From assembly GCF_006345805.1 (NCBI RefSeq), contig NC_043020.1, positions 10,726,001 through 10,790,000 of the forward strand: a stretch of DNA of 64,000 nt. The letters are read 5' to 3'. Source of the stretch: Octopus sinensis. Taxonomy: Eukaryota. Shown piece by piece: positions 25,626 to 39,399 of the stretch. The notes beneath the pieces are model-generated. The model was given only the letters and a program-made list of their open reading frames with translations. It was not told the DNA's origin and ran no database searches. The translations under genes were made by a program, and so were the position numbers. Each line of letters starts with the position of its first letter. Position 1 is the stretch's first letter.

Positions 25626-27249
25626 GCGGCTAGCTGGTAGAAACGTTAGCACGTCGGGCAAAATGCTTTGCCGTATTTCGTCTGCCGTTACGTTCTGAGT
25701 TCAAATTCCGCCGAGATCGACTTTGCCTTTCATCCTTTTGGGGTCGATAAATAAAGTACCAGTTTCACACTGGGGTTGATGTAATCGACTTAATCCGTTT
25801 GTTTATCCTTGTTTGTCCCCTCTGTGTTTAGCCCCGTGTGGGTAGTAAAGAAATATATATATATAGAGAGAGATGAAAGGATGAAAGGTAAAGCCAACCT
25901 CAGTGGAATTTGAACTCAGAATGTAAAGGCTGACAAAATACCACTGAACATCTTGTCCAGTATGCTAACAGTTCTACCAGTTTTCTACCTTACGGTATAT
26001 TGAATGCTGTATTGATGGCCAGTGGACAGCTACCAACGGATGTACATATAATGTGGGGGTGTAGTTCCTCCAGCAACACTGTGTGATAAGATGCTTGATT
26101 CCCAACCATGCGATTTCAGGTTCAGTCCTACTGCAGGGCATTTTGGGCTTCAACTGGCAGAACCGTTAGCACGCCAGGCGAAATGCGTAGCTGTATTTCG
26201 TCTATCATTACATTCTGAGTTCAAATTCCGCCGAGGTCGAATTTGACTTTCATCCTTTCGGGGTCAATAAATTAAGTACCAGTTAAGTACTGGGGTCGAT
26301 GTAATCGACTTAATCTGTTTGTCTGTCCTTGTTTGTCCCCTCTATGTTTAGCTCCTTGTGGGTAATATAGAAACATATAACCCTGTTAGTAGATTTGGCA
26401 GGCAGAAACTGTTGTATGTGTGAGTGCAAAATCCCTCATTCTAAGGAAGCCTGTCATATAAACATATATTTATGTGTGCGCATCCTTTTGACAGTGTTTC
26501 TCCCCCATCACAGCTTCACAATCAATGTTGGTATATTCACATCCCCGCAACTTAGCAGGTTGGCAAAAGTGACCGACAGAATAGGTACCAGGTTTAAATT
26601 GAAAATACAAGTACTGTCGGTCAATTTATTTAACTAAAATTTTTCTTGGTGGTGCTCCAGCATGGCTAAAGTCTAATACCTAAAACAAGTGAAGAATAGG
26701 CGTAGGAGTGGCTGTGTGGTAAGTAGCTTGTTTACCAACCTCATGGTTCCGGGTTCAGTCCCACTGCGTGGCACCTTGGGAAAGTGTCTTCTACTATAGC
26801 GTCGGGTCGACCAAAGCCTGTCATATATATATGTATGTGTGTGTATATGTCGTATATATGTATGTGTATGTATATGTTTGTGTGTCTGTTTGTCCACCCA
26901 ACATCACTTGACGACCGATGCTGGTGTGTTTACATCCCTGTAACTTAACGGTTCAGCAAAAGAGACCGATAGAATAAGTACTAGGCTTACAAAGAATAAG
27001 TCCTGGGGTCGATTTGCTCGACTAAAGGCAGTGCTCCAGCATGGCCAGTCAAATGACTGAAACAAGTAAAAGAGTAAAAGAATAAAAGAGCAAAAGAATA
27101 TAGGTATAAATAAATGTGTGCGTCTCTCTCCCCCTCTCCCCTTGTCACGAAATCAGGTGATACATGTAAATAAGTGCAACCATCATACAGGTAGTGTCTT
27201 TCCCTTCTAATATTCTTTTCTACTCTAGGCACAAGGCCTAAAATTTGGG

Positions 27250-28280
27250 GGAAGGGAGCCAGTCGATTAGATCGACTCCAGTTCGCAGCTGGTACTTAAT
27301 TTATCGACCCCAAAAGGATGAAAGGCAAAGTTGACTCTGGTGGAATTTGAACCCATAACATAAAGACAGGCGAAATACCGCTAAGCATTTCGTCCAGTGT
27401 ACTAACGTTTCTGCCAGCTCACCACCTAATTTCACTTCCAATATTCAATGTAAGCATATCTGGCCATGGGAAAATATTACCTTATTTGGTAATAGGTGAA
27501 AGAAAGAGCAACTGATAATTGAAAATCAACCTTAACAAATTTTGTCTGAAATTGGGGCGTGAGTATATATATGTGTGTGTGTGTGTGTACATATGTATGA
27601 ATGTATGTATGTATGTATGTATGTATATTTGTGTGTCTGTGTGTGTGCATGTGTGTTTATTGTTTAAGTACAGTATTTTGTAACATGACATCAAGTCACG
27701 TAACTTCATACATTAATAAGTCGATTAGATCGACCCCAGTTTGCAGCTAGTACTTAATTTATTGACTCCGAAAGGATGAAAGGCAAAGTCGACCTCGGCG
27801 GAAATTGAACTCAGAATGTAAAGACAGGCGAAATACCACTAAGGATTTCGCCCGGCGTGCTAACATTTCTTATTTCTTTATTGCCCACAAGGGGCTAAAC
27901 ATAGAGGGGACAAACAAGGACAGACAGACGGATTAAGTCGATTATATCGACCCCTGTGCGTAACTAGTACTTATTTAATCAATCCCCAAAGGATGAAAGG
28001 CAAAGTTGACCTCAGTGGAATTTGAACTCAGAATGTAAAAACGGACGAAATACCTATTTCTTTACTACCCACAAGGGGCTAAACATTGAGGGGACAAACT
28101 AGGACAGACAAAGGGATTAAGTCGATTACATCGACCCCAGTGTGTAGCAGGTACTTAATTTATTGACCCCGAAGGGATGAAAGGCAAAGTCGACCTTGGC
28201 AGAATTTGAACTCAGAATGTAACGGCAGACGACATACCACTAAGCATTTCGCCCGGTGTACTAACATTTCTGCCAGCTAA
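27250..28280 (-). repeat. Older, diverged tandem cluster of the same SINE body
   Basis: About 5 diverged gatgaaaggcaaagtcgacc units. Confidence 0.75.
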
Positions 28281-29002
28281 TGTTCAATCTTCCAATATTC
28301 AATTTAAGCATATCTGGCCATGGGAAAATATTACCTTATATGGAAATAGGTGAAAGAGCAACTGATAGTTGAAAATCTACCTTAACAAATTTTGTCTGAC
28401 TTCTAACATGGAAAATTGGGGCGTGAGTATATATATATGTATATGTGTGTGTGTGTGTACATATGTATGTATGTATATATGTATATATGTATGTATATTT
28501 GTGTGTCTGTGTGTGTGCATGTTTGTTTATTGTTTAAATATTAATATAAACTTATTAATCATCATCATCATCATCATCATCATTTAGCGTCCGTTTTCCA
28601 TGCTAGCATGGGTTGGACGGTTCAACTGGGGTCTGTGAAGCTGGAAGGCTTCATCAGGCCCAGTCAGATCTGGCAGTGTTTCTACGGCTGGATGCCCTTC
28701 CTAACGCCAACCACTCCGTGAGTGTAGTGAGTGCTTTTTACGTGCCACCTGCACAGGTGCCAGACAGAGCTGGCAAACGGCCACGAACGGATGGTGCTTT
28801 TACGTGTCACCGGCACGGGGCCAGGCGAGGCTGGCAACGGACACGAACGGATGGTGCTTTTACGTGCCACCAACACGGGGGCCATTAATATAATACTTTA
28901 AATATTAATATAAATGATATTGACTTTTGTCAATATATAAACAGACATACAGACATACAGACACATACACACATGCTGGTGCACACTGATACACATTAGT
29001 AT

Positions 29003-29995
29003 AAAGGCGGCGAGCTGGCAGAACCGTTAGCACGCTGGGCGAAATGCGTAGCCGTATTTCGTCTGCCGTTACGTTCTGAGTTCAAATTCCGCCGAGGTCG
29101 ACTTTGCCTTTCGGCCTTTCGGGGGTCGATAAATTAAGTACAGTTACGCACTGGGGGAGGGGGGGGTCGATGTAATCGACTTAATCCGTTTGTCTGTCCT
29201 TGTTTGTCTCCTCAATGTTTAGCCCCTTGTGGGTAGTAAAGAAATAGGTATTTCGTCTGCCGTTACGTTCTGAGTTCAAATTCCGCCGAGGTCGACTTTG
29301 CCTTTCGTCCTTTCGGGGGTCGATAAATTAAGTACCAGTTACGCACTGGGGGGGTCGATGTAATCGACTTAATCCGTTTGTCTGTCCTTGTTTGTCTCCT
29401 CAATGTTTAGCCCCTTGTGGGTAGTAAAGAAATAGGTATTTCGTCTGCCGTTACGTTCTGAGTTCAAATTCCGCCGAGGTCGACTTTGCCTTTCGTCCTT
29501 TCGGGGGTCGATAAATTAAGTACCAGTTACGCACTGGGGGGGTCGATGTAATCGACTTAATCCGTTTGTCTGTCCTTGTTTGTCTCCTCAATGTTTAGCC
29601 CCTTGTGGGTAGTAAAGAATAGGTATTTCGTCTGCCGTTACGTTCTGAGTTCAAATTCCGCCGAGGTCGACTTTGCCTTTCGTCCTTTCGGGGGTCGATA
29701 AATTAAGTACCAGTTACGCACTGGGGGGGTCGATGTAATCGACTTAATCTGTTTGTCTGTCCTTGTTTGTCTCCTCAATGTTTAGCCCCTTGTGGGTAGT
29801 AAAGAAATAGGTATTTCGTCTGCCGTTACGTTCTGAGTTCAAATTCCGCCGAGGTCGACTTTGCCTTTCGTCCTTTCGGGGTCGATAAATTAAGTACCAG
29901 TTACGCACTGGGGGGGGTCGATGTAATCGACTTAATCCGTTTGTCTGTCCTTGTTTGTCTCCTCTGTGTGTAGCCCCTTGTGGGTAATAAAGAAA
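29003..29995 (+). repeat. Tandem array of a SINE body (about 180-190 bp x5)
   Basis: One SINE head, then repeats restarting at aaagaaata|ggtatttcgtc; shared private variants (ctcctcaatg, ttcgtcctttcggggg, expanded poly-G). Confidence 0.9.
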
Positions 29996-31901
29996 CGGAT
30001 ACACATTAATACAAAGGCAAATGTAATATACTTCAAAAGTGGATTGGAATCTAGTACCAAAGTCAACAGGAAACTATTGTGATTAAAAGAAAATGGCAAC
30101 AACAGCAACACAAGTGTGTCTGGCATAGCATGCACTAACAAATGAAATTAGACTGTAATAGAGAATATAGTTTCAGATACATGATATCTGACAGAATAGT
30201 TGTGACTGGAGTGTCTTTGATTTTAGGTTGGTTTAGAGCAAAGCTGACCCGGGGCTAAATAACAACAATAACAACAGACTCTCTTTACCCTTTTACTTGT
30301 TTCAGTCATTCGACTGCGGCGGTGCTAGAGCACCGCCTTTGGTCGAGCAAATCGACCCCGGGACTTTAATCTTTGTAAGCCCAGTACTTATTCTATCAGT
30401 CTCTTTTGCCGAACCGCTAAGTTACGGGGATGTGAACACACCAGCATCGATTGTCAAGTGATGTTGGGGAACAAATACAGACACACAAACACACACACAC
30501 ATACGATGGGCTTCTTTCAGTTTCCGTCTACAGAATCCACTCACAAGGCTTTGGTCGACTTGAGGCTATAATAGAAGACACTTGCCCAAGATCCCATGCA
30601 GTAGGACTGAACCCAGAACTATGTGGTTGGTAAGCAAGCTACTTACCACACAGCCACCCCTGCACCTATATGTTCATTACTGTTTACATTTGTATATATA
30701 CACACATGTGCCTGTGTGTGTGTGTGTGTATACGTGTATATTTACTCTTTTACTTGTTTCAGTCATTTGACTGCGGCCATGCTGGAGCACCGCCTTTGGT
30801 TGAGCAAATTGATCCCGGGACTTATTCTATCGGCCTCTTTTGCCGACTCGCTAAGTGACAGGGACGTAAACACACCAGCACCAGCTGTCAAGCAATGCTA
30901 GGGGGGACAAACACAGACACACAAACACATACTCACACATACACACATATATATATATATACATATATACGACAGGCTTCTTTCAGATTCTGTCTACCAA
31001 ATCCACTCACAAGGCTTTGGTCGGCCCGAGGCTATAGCAGAAGACACTTGCCCAAGATGCCACGCAGTGGGACTGAACCCGGAACCATGTGGTTGGTTAG
31101 CAAGCTTTGCATTCCTCCAACTTAGGGAATCGATCAAAGGAGAGCATAGAAGTTTTGAAACCACCACTATTTATCCCAATCTTTTAGAATGTGTCAAGTT
31201 CTGAATAGAGGCATGAGGTTATGTTTTCATCAGCGAGCTGGCAGAAATGTTAGCATGCCGGGCGAGATGCTTAGCGGTATTTCGTCTGCCGCTACGTTCT
31301 GAGTTCAAATTCCGTCGAGGTTGACTTAGCCTTTCATCCTTTCGGGGTCGATTAAATAAGTACCAGTTACGTACTGGGGTCGATGTAATCTACTTAATCC
31401 GTTGGTCTGTCTTTGTTTGTCCTCTCTGTGTTTAGCCCCTTGTGGGTAGTAAAGAAATAGGTATTTCGTCAGCTGTTATGTTCTGAGTTCAATTCAATTA
31501 CTAAATTCAATTTAGTAATACTAAATCAAATTTCACAAAATATAATGTATGGTATAATTTAATTATTTCATTGTTGAATTGATACTAATTTATATATATC
31601 ATCATCATCATCATCATCGTTTAACGTCCACTTTCCATGCTAGCATGGGTTGGACAATTTGACTGAGGGCTGGCGAACCAGATGGCTGCACCAGGCTCCA
31701 ATCTTGATCTGGCAGAGTTTCTACAACTCGAAGCCCTTCCTAACGCCAACCACTCCGAGAGTGTAGTGGGTGCTTTTACCTGCCACCAGCACTGGGGCCA
31801 GTCAGGCAGTACTGGCAACAACCTCGCTCGAATCTTTTTACACGTGCCACCGGCACAGGTGCCAGTAAGGCCATGCTGGTAACGATCAGGCTTGAATGGT
31901 G

Positions 31902-31933
<32 letters not shown>

Positions 31934-31937
<4 letters not shown>

Positions 31938-32480
31938 ACAATCAAGGAACGGCCATAATAGGCCATTCACCCACTAGAAATAACAGCCAAAGCTTCAACC
32001 GCAAATAAAAATTAATTCCGTAAACCAGGAGAAAATTTTAAAAACATTTACCCTGTAATTTCTTATACGATGCACCGTTTCATCTGCTGTTTATGGTAAA
32101 CTAACCTGATTAAATTAAATCAAGCCAATCTTCCATAGGCCCTCAGATTCTTCAGTAAGAAATAGCCCAAGTCGGAACAGATATTTTCACGAGGCATTTC
32201 CGACCTTGCCAAGTAATATCTGACCTAAAATTTTCAAATCGTCGCACTCGCGCCAAATTTATCGGCAGCAAATAAATATAAGCCGTCGATTCCATTACGG
32301 AATTAACCAGAAAATTCATAATTAATCAATATAGGGTGGCAAAAAAAATTTTGTAGAATTTTTTTGCCACCAGCGGCCTAGTGGGAAAAAATTAAATAGT
32401 CATAGACCATTTTTAAGTTCAACATCAACAATCAAGGAACGGCCATAATAGGCCATTCACCCACTAGAAATAACAGCCAA
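31934..32480. mobile_element. About 550-bp non-coding element bounded by 57-bp direct repeats, inserted in (TA)n
   Basis: atcaacaatcaaggaacggcc...aataacagccaa at 31934-31990 and 32424-32480. Confidence 0.6.
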
Positions 32481-32864
32481 TAAATATATATATATATATA
32501 TATAAATTATACATATGTGTGTGTATGTGTGTGGAGAAATGCATAACACTAATCATATATTTTTAAAATCTATTAAAAATTGAAAATATTTTATCACATT
32601 TACTAATCACAGGCAAAAAGAGAAAGTGTTTTTCTCTTGATCGATGTGGAAGAGGAATGAAGAAGTTATCAGTATGAAGGTCAAGAAACAAAACATTGAA
32701 TTTTAAAAGATATTTTTAGAGACGGGACTTCCCATCTGATATTTCGATATAAACAATCGTGGAAATGTAAATATACATGTAACAAACATAGTTTCTGCTT
32801 ATTTCCACAAATACACACAAACACGCACACACAAATAAACACATGCATATGCGAATTGCTTAGT

Positions 32865-33780
32865 GGTATTTCGTCAGCCGTTATGTTCTGAGTTCAAATT
32901 CCGCCGAGGTCGACTTTGCCTTTCATCCTTTCGGGGTCGATTAAATAAGTACCAGTTACGCACTGGGGTTGATGTAATCGACTTATTCCGTTGGTCTGTC
33001 CTTGTTTGTCCTCTCTGTGTTTAGCCCCTTGTGGGTAGTAAAGAAATAGGTATTTCGTCAGCCGTTATGTTCTGAGTTCAAATTCCGCCGAGGTCGACTT
33101 TGCCTTTCATCCTTTCGGGGTCGATTAAATAAGTACCAGTTACGCACTGGGGTCGATGTAATCGACTTATTCCGTTGGTCTGTCCTTGTTTGTCCTCTCT
33201 GTGTTTAGCCCCTTGTGGGTAGTAAAGAAATAGGTATTTCGTCAGCCGTTATGTTCTGAGTTCAAATTCCGCCGAGGTCGACTTTGCCTTTCATCCTTTC
33301 GGGGTCGATTAAATAAGTACCAGTTACGCACTGGGGTCGATGTAATCGACTTATTCCGTTGGTCTGGCCTTGTTTGTCCTCTCTGTGTTGTTAGCCCCTT
33401 GTGGGTAGTAAAGAAATAGGTATTTCGTCAGCCGTTATGTTCTGAGTTCAAATTCCGCCGAGGTCGACTTTGCCTTTCATCCTTTCGGGGTCGATTAAAT
33501 AAGTACCAGTACGCACTGGGGTCGATGTAACGACTTATTCCGGTTGGTCTGTCCTTGTTTGTCCTCTCTGTGTTTAGCCCCTTGTGGGTAGTAAAGAAAT
33601 AGGTATTTCGTCAGCCGTTATGTTCTGAGTTCAAATTCCACCGAGGTCGACTTAGCCTTTCATCCTTTCGGGGTCGATTAAATAAGTACCAGTTACGCAC
33701 TGGGGTCGATGTAATCGACTTAATCCGTTGGTTTGTCCTCTCTGTGTCTAGCCTCTTGTGGGTAGTAAAGAAATAGGTAT
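32865..33780 (+). repeat. Second tandem array of the SINE body (about 180 bp x5)
   Basis: Same junction; different shared variants (cagccgttatg, ttggtc, gattaaataag). Confidence 0.9.
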
Positions 33781-33784
33781 TGGT

Positions 33785-34125
33785 TTGTCTGTCTGTCTGT
33801 CTGTGTGCAAAATAACTCAAAACGTTGTGAATGGTATTTGGTGAAACTTGCAGGAAAAGTTGGTCATGACACCAGGAACAGATGATGAAATTTTGGTAGT
33901 GATCCGGAAATTTTTATGGATACTTGATGGATTTTTCATTTGTTATGTTTACTTTACATGAAGTATTACAATGTTACATTCTTTGATTATCTTTCTTGAA
34001 AACATGTTAATCGTTTCTAAGTAAACTATGGTTGCGTTGCTGCTTCCAAAGTTTATTTTTGTTTCTCTATTAGTAATTTTACCCACGTATCTATCTTAAA
34101 ATGAGCTGCTTGGCGGAGGTCTGCA
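33785..34125 (+). mobile_element. HINE/DINE-like non-autonomous Helentron remnant (related end at about 34990-35105)
   Basis: (CTGT)n, then tgcaaaataactcaaa; 3' gagctgcttggcggaggtctgc, also present at 35065-35100. Confidence 0.55.
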
Positions 34126-34129
34126 GAGG

Positions 34130-34590
34130 ATGATATGACAAGCCTTGACTATAGGGATTGACTCAAAAAGCTCAGGCTTTGCTCCCTCCACTGATGCTGT
34201 GAGCTCTATATCATCTGTATGATGTGGAAAATATTCCATCAACATTGCCCATCTTCAAAATTCATCTGAGGCTTGGCCCCCGTGCCATCCGTCCACTACA
34301 GAAATGTTTGTGTCGTATCACAACACTAAGACAGAACTCTTTCACCTCAATTGGCCCGGCACTCTTAAACATCAAGCCAGGCACACATAAAGGAGGAAAG
34401 TGACTTCACGGCATTCAAATGATCCCTAGATGATTACCCCCAACAAATACCAGATAAACCACCCACACCCAGATATGTCTCTGAAAATATTAGCCCTCTG
34501 CTTGAATGGGCTACGGTTCCCCAGAGCTGACTGTGTATCTCTTCCAAGTGGTGCTATTAAATTAGACATGGCCTGAGTCAACTTCGGCCG
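34130..34590 (+). mobile_element. Degraded LINE 3' end (CR1/L2/Jockey group)
   Basis: Remnant motifs RLRL...YIICMMWKIF, NSFTSIGPALLNI, IPDKPPTP. Confidence 0.55.
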
Positions 34591-36884
34591 AAACTTATCT
34601 AAGTAATCTAATCTATGCTGTAACCTTTTAATCAAAGCATGACAACGTGGGTAGAGGCTGATATCTTAATATTTCTGATGGTCTTCAGTATAATAAAAAT
34701 TATTAAAGGTTTATATAGAACTACATTCAGAGTATGTCTATAAGCTATTGTGTTTAGAACTGGTTTCTATCCTCAAACTGTTCCATTTTGTAGATGCAAA
34801 TTTTTTTTTTTTAATAAAGCACTCCAAAATTAGAAAAATCAAAAATCTGCAATAATCTTGGTCCCATGAGTATCGGATAACGGATTTTCAACTGCGTAAA
34901 GAAACTCATTGTGGTGATCGTAGTTTTGACGGTGATTGTGGTGAAAGCAGAGACAGTGTTAATGATGACGATGGTCGAGATAAGTATGGGAGGAGGTTAT
35001 GTTTTTGCCGGCATTGGTTTGGGAAATTGGGCGATTTTCAACATGTGTGTATAGGGGTGGAAATGAGCTGCTTGGCAGAGGTCTGCGCTCTCCGAGTGCT
35101 TTTCTACTTCTTTTATTCTTTTACTAGTTGCAGTCATTTGACTGTGGCCATGCTGGGGCACCGCCTTTAGTTGAGCAAATTGACCCCAGGACTTACTCTT
35201 TGTAAGCCCAGTACTTATTCTATCAGTCTCTTTCGCCGAACTGCTAAGTTACGGGGACGTAAACACACCAGCATCGCTTGTCAAGCGATGTTGGGGGGAC
35301 AAACACAGACACACAAACACACGATGGGCTTCTTTCAGTTTCCATCTACAGAATCCACTAACAAGGATTTGGTCGACATGAGGCTATAATAGAAGACACT
35401 TGCCCAAGATGCCACGCAGTAGGACTGAACCCAGAACCGTGTGGTTGGTAAGCATGCGACTTACCACACAGCCACTCCTGCACCTATATGTTTATTACTG
35501 TTTACATTTGTATATATACACACATGTGCCTGTGTGTGTGTGCCTCTGTGTGTGTGTGAGTGAGTGTGTGTATACGTGTATATATACACATACTTCATAT
35601 ATTATTTTTCTTTATTACTCTTTACTCTTTTACTCTTTTACTTGTTTCAGTCATTTGACTGCAGCCATGCTGGAGCACCGCCTTTAATCGAGCAACTCGA
35701 CCCCGGGACTTATTCTTTTGTAAACCCAGTACTTATTCTATCGGCCTCTTTTGCCGAACCGCTAAGTAACGGGGACATAAACACACCAGCATCGGTTGTC
35801 AAGCAATGCTAGGGGGACAAACACAGACACACAAACACACACACACATATATATATATATACATATATACGACGGGCTTCTTTCAGTTTCCGTCTACCAA
35901 ATCCACTCACAAGGCTTTGGTCGGGCCCGAGGTTATAGTATAACCACTTACCCAAGGTGCCACGCAGTGGGACTGAACCCGGAACCATGTGGTTGGTAAA
36001 CAAGCTACTTACCACACAGCCACTCCTGCGCCTCTTGATTTTTATCTATACACACACATGTGCATGAGGGGGTGCTCAAAAGTTCCTGGCTTTAAGGGTA
36101 TCATGAAAGGTCTGATTGCAGGCCCCCACGTTTCGAGTTCTTTTACAGGGCTTAGAAAAACTGAAGGACTGCTGCAGCAGCAGCAGCAGTAGCACAGCCA
36201 CCACTGCCACTGCTACCGCCACCACCACCACCACTTGACATAAAAATTCTGAATGATAAAGGATTAAATATACATTTCTGATATCTCTTAAAAGTTCAAA
36301 CTATTGGATTCATGTGTACAAAAAGAGATATTATTTTCGTCATAGAAAATCGTCATAGAAGACGAGGAATAGAATAAGGTCGATGATTCAGAAGTTATTT
36401 TTAGCGAGGGGAAAATCAGCTTCATATAAATTTCATGTAAGTGTGCATATAGAGATGTGTATATGAACATAATAATGCGTGCGTGGGTACATATACATGT
36501 GTATGTGCGTGTATGCATGTATATATGTGTGTATGTATACATATGTACACATACATATAAATATACATACATATATGCATATATGTAGGTGTGTGGAGGC
36601 GCAACAGCCCAGTGGTTAGGGCAGCGGACTCATGGTCGTTGGATCATGGTTTCAGTTTCCAGACCGGGCGTTGTGAGTGTTTATTGAGCAAAAACAACTA
36701 AAGCTCCACGAGACTCCAGCGAAGTGGGGGGGCTGGTGGCGATCCCTGCTGTACTCTTTCGCCACAATTTTCTCTCATTCTTTCTTCTGTTGGCCTGCTC
36801 GCTTAGCCAGCGGGGTGGTGTCATTCGAAGGCTAAAACAATGCAAAGCACATTGTGACCAGCGATGTGTAGCAACATAATAAAA

Positions 36885-37535
36885 TATAATAATGAAATTA
36901 TTGTATACAGTGCTCAGGTGCACCACAACTTGTCAGAAAGTGCATATAAAGTACATGCAGTAATGTAGAAATATCTGGAAAGTGAACATGCTTGTGTGTG
37001 TATGGAGGGGAGAAAATCAAGTGTAGTGTTGGCGAATCTCAGAAAGCATGGAAGTCTTGAAGGATGCAGTGCTCCGACAACTAACAACCGATGCCGGCAG
37101 TTTGTTCCACGCATCAGCAACTCTCAGCGTGAAAAAATGTTTCCTGAAGTCATGGGAGCTGTGCTGTTTTCTTACTTTGTAAATATGTCCACGGGTGTTA
37201 GATGGGTGGAGTTTGAAGAGAGGTTCAGAGTTATTGTTTGTGCGATGGTTGATAATTTTATGGGTGTCTGCCAGGTCAGCTGCCAGACGTCGGAGTTTCA
37301 ATGTGTCCATGCCCAGGGAAGTAAGGCGTTCAGGATATGGCAAATGCCTGATGGAGGGTATTCTTTTGGTTGCACGTCGCTGAACAGCTTCCAGACTATT
37401 GATGTCCTGGGCAAGATAGGGGTTCCAGACCAGTGATGCAAATTCCAGGTGAGGTCTTACCATAGCTATATAAAGCCGCAGATAGATAGCCGGAGAGCGG
37501 CTCACAAAGGATTTGGTGAGTGATGCCAAGACACC
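36885..37535 (-). mobile_element. 5'-truncated CR1-type LINE
   Basis: LYIAMVRPHLEFASLVWNPY...LEAVQRRATK...YPERL...TRGH...FFTLRVADAWNKLP; (ATT)n tail. Confidence 0.9.
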
Positions 37536-37734
37536 CTCAGCCTTCAGCGTGGTCAGTCACGGTGATCATGGTGATATGTATGTGTGTGTGAGTATGTATA
37601 TATACACACATGTGTATGTATGTATATATACATGTGTGTGTATTGAGATTTTATAAATGAACATTTACTTCTCCTACACCTATTGGAGTAACTTTCCTTT
37701 ATTCAATGTTTTTTTCCAAAGTGTTTTGTCTTAA

Positions 37735-37951
37735 CCCTTTAGTGTTTAAACCGGCCATATCTGGCCCAGATATTCTACATGTTTTGTATTCAAACTGGCC
37801 ATATCTAGCCTCTCACACCTAACCTACATTGACATTCTAAAAATAAACAATCACATCATTGAAACCTCAAAGCTATAAAATAATGCCTGATTTTTCAAAA
37901 CAATGAGTGAAAAAGTATTACATTTAACAGAGTAATCTGAACACTAAAGGG
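37735..37951. mobile_element. piggyBac-type MITE (opposite orientation to 8040-8259)
   Basis: TTAA|CCCTTTAGTGTTT ... AACACTAAAGGG|TTAA. Confidence 0.85.
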
Positions 37952-38066
37952 TTAATAACTGATGAGATGTTGAATGTTGAATAGCTTTTAGCCCCGACAT
38001 TGAAACTCTGAGTATTATTATGATTGTCCTACAACTGATTGTCCTATGTTATATATATATAAATAC

Positions 38067-38106
<40 letters not shown>

Positions 38107-38111
<5 letters not shown>

Positions 38112-38338
38112 AAATAAGAAAATGGAGAAATGCATCTTAATCAATAATCAACTACCAGATAATACCCAATCACATAATTTATTAAACCACTACATATGAA
38201 CATAAAGGTCAAACATAATAATATAGAACAATTTGACCTTAATGTTCATATGTAGTGGTTTAATAAATTATGTAATTGGGTATTAACTGGTAGTTGATTA
38301 TTGATTAAGATGCATTTCTCCATTTTCTTATTTTGTAT
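38107..38338. repeat. Fold-back palindrome (107-bp arms, 18-nt loop)
   Basis: tacaaaataagaaaatggagaaatgcatc...aaggtcaaa / tttgacctt...gatgcatttctccattttcttattttgta. Confidence 0.92.
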
Positions 38339-38738
38339 TATTAATTTGTGGTAAAACATTTTACCTTTGCCCATATAATACAGTAAATGAATTAATTGCA
38401 TCGCAATTCTTAACATTTATGTATTAACTTTGTTGGGTACTTCATTAGCAGTATATTGGATATATGTTATCCCATGGAGGGTTGCATTTACAACCCCTAT
38501 CTCAATTTATATATATATATATGTATTTCTTTACTACCCACAAGGGGTTAAACATAGAGTGGACAAACAAGGACAGACAAAGGGATTAAGTCGATTACAT
38601 CGACCCCAGTGCGAAACTGGTACTTAATTTATCGACCCTGAAAAGATGAAAGCAAAGTTGACCGTGGCGGAATTTGAACTCAGAACGTAACGACAGACGA
38701 AATACCGCTAAGCATTTCACCCGGCATGCTAACGTTTC

Positions 38739-38777
<39 letters not shown>

Positions 38778-39399
38778 TATATGCATATATACATCTATAT
38801 ATATACACACACACGTGTGTGTGTATATATATATCCATATATATATATAAGCATGTCCTTCAAACATTGGACCTCATCAGGCAATGAGAAGTGACTGAAA
38901 ACTTCCTTTGGAGATTTGCTGTGCTTGTGTGTGCATGTGTGATGTGTAGACATGCATGATATATTAAACACTTTAGCATATAAACTGGCCATATCTGACC
39001 CAAATATCCTACGTGTGTTATCTTCTAACCAACCAGATCCAGCCTATCACACCTACACATCAATGTCTCTTGTCATCAAAATTTCATCGCAATAAAATAA
39101 TGCAGAATTGATTAAAAAACATTGTGAATGAAAAAGCATTACATTTGACGTAAAAATCTGAATGATAAAGGATTAAACGTACATTTCTGATATCTCTTAA
39201 AAATTCAAAATATTTGATCATGTGTACAAAAAGAGATAATATTTTTTTCCGCCTTCAGCAATGTGGAACAAGAAATCATCATAAAGGACAAGGAATGGAA
39301 TAAAGTCGATGATTTATAAGTTATTTTAAAGTGAGGGGAATACCAGTTCAGTTTCATATAAACCCATCCTAGAGACATACGTAATATAAAAAGCAGGTT

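Noticed and set aside
29003-33780. SINE arrays as CRISPR-like arrays
   Set aside because: The units are whole SINE bodies with no unique spacers.
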